Source: Nitrososphaeraceae archaeon (GTDB lineage: Archaea; Thermoproteota; Nitrososphaeria; Nitrososphaerales; Nitrososphaeraceae). From it: a stretch of DNA of 24,000 nucleotides. The stretch covers positions 2,591 to 26,590 of the forward strand of contig DASTUU010000312.1 in assembly GCA_035759485.1 (NCBI GenBank). The letters run 5' to 3'. This document shows positions 22,484-24,000 of this stretch, one piece after another. The notes beneath the pieces were generated by a model, which did no database searches, was not told the DNA's origin, and saw only the letters and a list, made by a program, of their open reading frames with translations. A program made the translations under genes and the position numbers. The first letter of the stretch is position 1. Each line of letters opens with the position of its first letter.

Positions 22484-23038
22484 TTACCAGTAATCTTGGT
22501 TTCGTAAATAAATTCCTGCGTCAAATAATGTGTACACTGTGACTTCACCTTTTTTGAAAATATCTTCTGCAGAAAAGCGCGTTTTACCGATTCCTATCGA
22601 CTCCCTCTTCTGATTTAGAATAATTACTATTTTATTTTGGCCCAATTTTTTTGAAGCCTCAAGAACAGAATCTCCTAAAATATCTCTCCCGTATAAAACT
22701 AATCCCTCTGCTCTTTCGTTTACCACAACATACGAGAAATCTCTGCTATGCCTTGCAATTATCTCTGCTCCGGACAAAGAGGGTATGAATTTCTTGTTTC
22801 GCAGCTCTCCCACTGCTAAGCCTGCGTACTTGGGTTGAGATATCTGGATATTGAGAATATGTTTAGAAGTCTTTGTGGTAATTATTACTTCCTTTTTATT
22901 AATAGTTCTGTCCTCTCCTATTAGTAGTTGTTGGGACCCCATAAATTCAAATATTCCCCATTTATTGAATGATCTTCTTAGCTGGGTCAGTTCTTCTCTG
23001 CTAGCATGTCTGAAAATACCATAATAATCCTCAGTCAA
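22484..23038 (-). CDS. Nip7-like pre-rRNA processing protein with a C-terminal PUA domain
   Basis: 184 aa. An N-terminal alpha/beta domain is followed by VVVNERAEGLVLYGRDILGDSV........NKIVIILNQKRESIGIGKT, typical of the Nip7/UPF0113 PUA module. The TTG start overlaps the methyltransferase stop by 4 nt (TTGA). Confidence 0.7.
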   Translation of the reverse strand: MTEDYYGIFRHASREELTQLRRSFNKWGIFEFMGSQQLLIGEDRTINKKEVIITTKTSKHILNIQISQPKYAGLAVGELRNKKFIPSLSGAEIIARHSRDFSYVVVNERAEGLVLYGRDILGDSVLEASKKLGQNKIVIILNQKRESIGIGKTRFSAEDIFKKGEVTVYTLFDAGIYLRNQDYW

Positions 23039-24000
23039 TTTTTCTTCCGAAGTTTAGCTATGTAGAATCCTGTGGAATTATGAGTATGAGGATAAAACCT
23101 CGCGGTGCGTCTTAACCTCTCGTCGAATACTTTTTTATCAAAACTCGTCAAGCCTTCAATGCCAAAGTATATTGGCTCAACTTCGACGTCAAACTTTTTT
23201 AGTATAGAGTTTACAGCATATTCATTTTCCTCTGGAGCAAAAGAACATGTAGAATATACTAGTAGACCACCAGGTTTCAGAACTTGCAACGCTGAGTCAA
23301 ATAGTTTTTTTTGAACGAGCGAACACTCAGATAGGATACCCGGCGCTCTATTAGTTCTCTTCGACGTATCTCTCCACATCACACCTTCGCCGCTGCAGGG
23401 TGCGTCAAGAAGAATGCGATCGTAGCTAATGTTAAGGTTATGGCACTGGATCGCATCCATCCGATAGATCAATGTATTCATGACTCCGCATCTGGCAATG
23501 TTAAATAATAATGATCTTAATCTACGAGGATTGGGCTCCATTGCTATAATGGAACCTGTGTTGTTCATTTTTTGGGCTATGAACGTAGTCTTCCCTCCCG
23601 GTGCTGACGCCATGTCTAGTACAATCTGATTTGGCTGTATATCGAGCGCCTCTACTGCTATACACGACGTTATATCTTGGATGTAATAGTGTCCTAGTAG
23701 GTATTCAGTAGTCGCTCCTGTCGAGACCCGCGTATCTGTCGGGCTTATTTCAAAGACTTCGGCCAAAACAGTCTTTGTGAGCTCAAACCCTTTAGTCACG
23801 AGTCGAGCCACAAGCTCTTCGCTTGTAATTTTTAATGTATTAGTCCTGATATATCTTCGCACAGGCTCTCGCATCGTTTCCATCATCTTTTCCACATTTG
23901 GAACAAAGTGCAAAAATCTGTTAATTATCCATTCATCATAGCCATATTTGGCAGCTAGGTGCAAAGACCTTTCTGTGGGAGTGAAAGTTAAGGTTTTCAA
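23035..24000 (-). CDS. NOL1/NOP2/Sun-family RNA (cytosine-C5) methyltransferase; the N-terminus reaches the right window edge and may be slightly truncated
   Basis: 321 aa. Motifs present: IRTNTLK, YYIQD.TS, VLDMASAPGGKTT (SAM motif I), ILLDAPCSGEG (motif IV Pro-Cys), LVYSTCS (motif VI Thr-Cys). The first codon in the window is TTG at 24000-23998, so the true start could lie just outside. Confidence 0.9.
   Translation of the reverse strand: MKTLTFTPTERSLHLAAKYGYDEWIINRFLHFVPNVEKMMETMREPVRRYIRTNTLKITSEELVARLVTKGFELTKTVLAEVFEISPTDTRVSTGATTEYLLGHYYIQDITSCIAVEALDIQPNQIVLDMASAPGGKTTFIAQKMNNTGSIIAMEPNPRRLRSLLFNIARCGVMNTLIYRMDAIQCHNLNISYDRILLDAPCSGEGVMWRDTSKRTNRAPGILSECSLVQKKLFDSALQVLKPGGLLVYSTCSFAPEENEYAVNSILKKFDVEVEPIYFGIEGLTSFDKKVFDERLRRTARFYPHTHNSTGFYIAKLRKKN

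Noticed and set aside
19816-23314. Antisense ORFs in cofC, cofD, the surface-protein gene, nip7 and the methyltransferase (19816..20070, 20469..20693, 21246..21554, 21711..21902, 22291..22548, 23105..23314)
   Set aside because: They are shadows of recognised genes. 21246..21554 and 22291..22548 only extend a little into flanking spacers.
1-24000. Scan for CRISPR repeats, IS elements, transposases, integrases, toxin-antitoxin pairs or defence-system ATPases and nucleases
   Set aside because: By eye I found no regularly spaced direct repeats, no terminal inverted repeats flanking an ORF and no recognisable mobile-element or defence protein motifs. The window reads as conserved core genome.

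Overview
This is an AT-rich archaeal chromosomal segment, and almost all of it is housekeeping. Several features point to an ammonia-oxidising Nitrososphaerota (Thaumarchaeota)-like genome; this is my inference, not a database result:
- a split B12-dependent methylmalonyl-CoA mutase subunit with MeaB
- a biotin ligase without an HTH domain
- F420 cofC-cofD
- a Nip7/NSUN pair and RpoP
- TATA-like boxes 23-39 nt upstream of start codons
- many TTG/GTG starts

Gene content, left to right:
- meaB (partial, missing from the ORF track) divergent from the mutase B12-binding subunit
- a minus-strand branched-chain amino acid cluster: ilvB-ilvN-leuA-leuB, then ilvC
- a DhnA/LsrF-type class I aldolase and a zinc-dependent MDR dehydrogenase
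- a YHS mini-protein and a zinc-ribbon mini-protein
- a MenA-like UbiA prenyltransferase
- a small wHTH-like ORF followed by birA
- a MOFRL glycerate kinase
- an HExxH mini-protein and a DUF2203-like protein
- an orphan trpE/pabB-like gene
- thrC
- a run of small proteins that includes rpoP
- cofD-cofC
- a secreted, C-terminally anchored protein
- a Nip7-like PUA protein overlapping an NOL1/NOP2/Sun RNA methyltransferase

I found no CRISPR array, transposase or integrase, tRNA or rRNA, recognisable defence system, or convincing novel multi-gene system.

The points most worth a second look:
1. An RpoP/Rpb12-type zinc-ribbon gene whose two halves lie in different frames because of one extra nucleotide.
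2. The ~750 bp upstream of it, which has no convincing gene but does have a GC-rich hairpin and Cys-rich mini-ORFs.
3. Four short genes below the ORF-track length cut-off or lost at the window edge: meaB, YHS, a zinc ribbon and rpoP.
4. A 118-aa HExxH protein.
5. An orphan TrpE/PabB homologue.

All family assignments come from reading motifs by eye. No searches were run.
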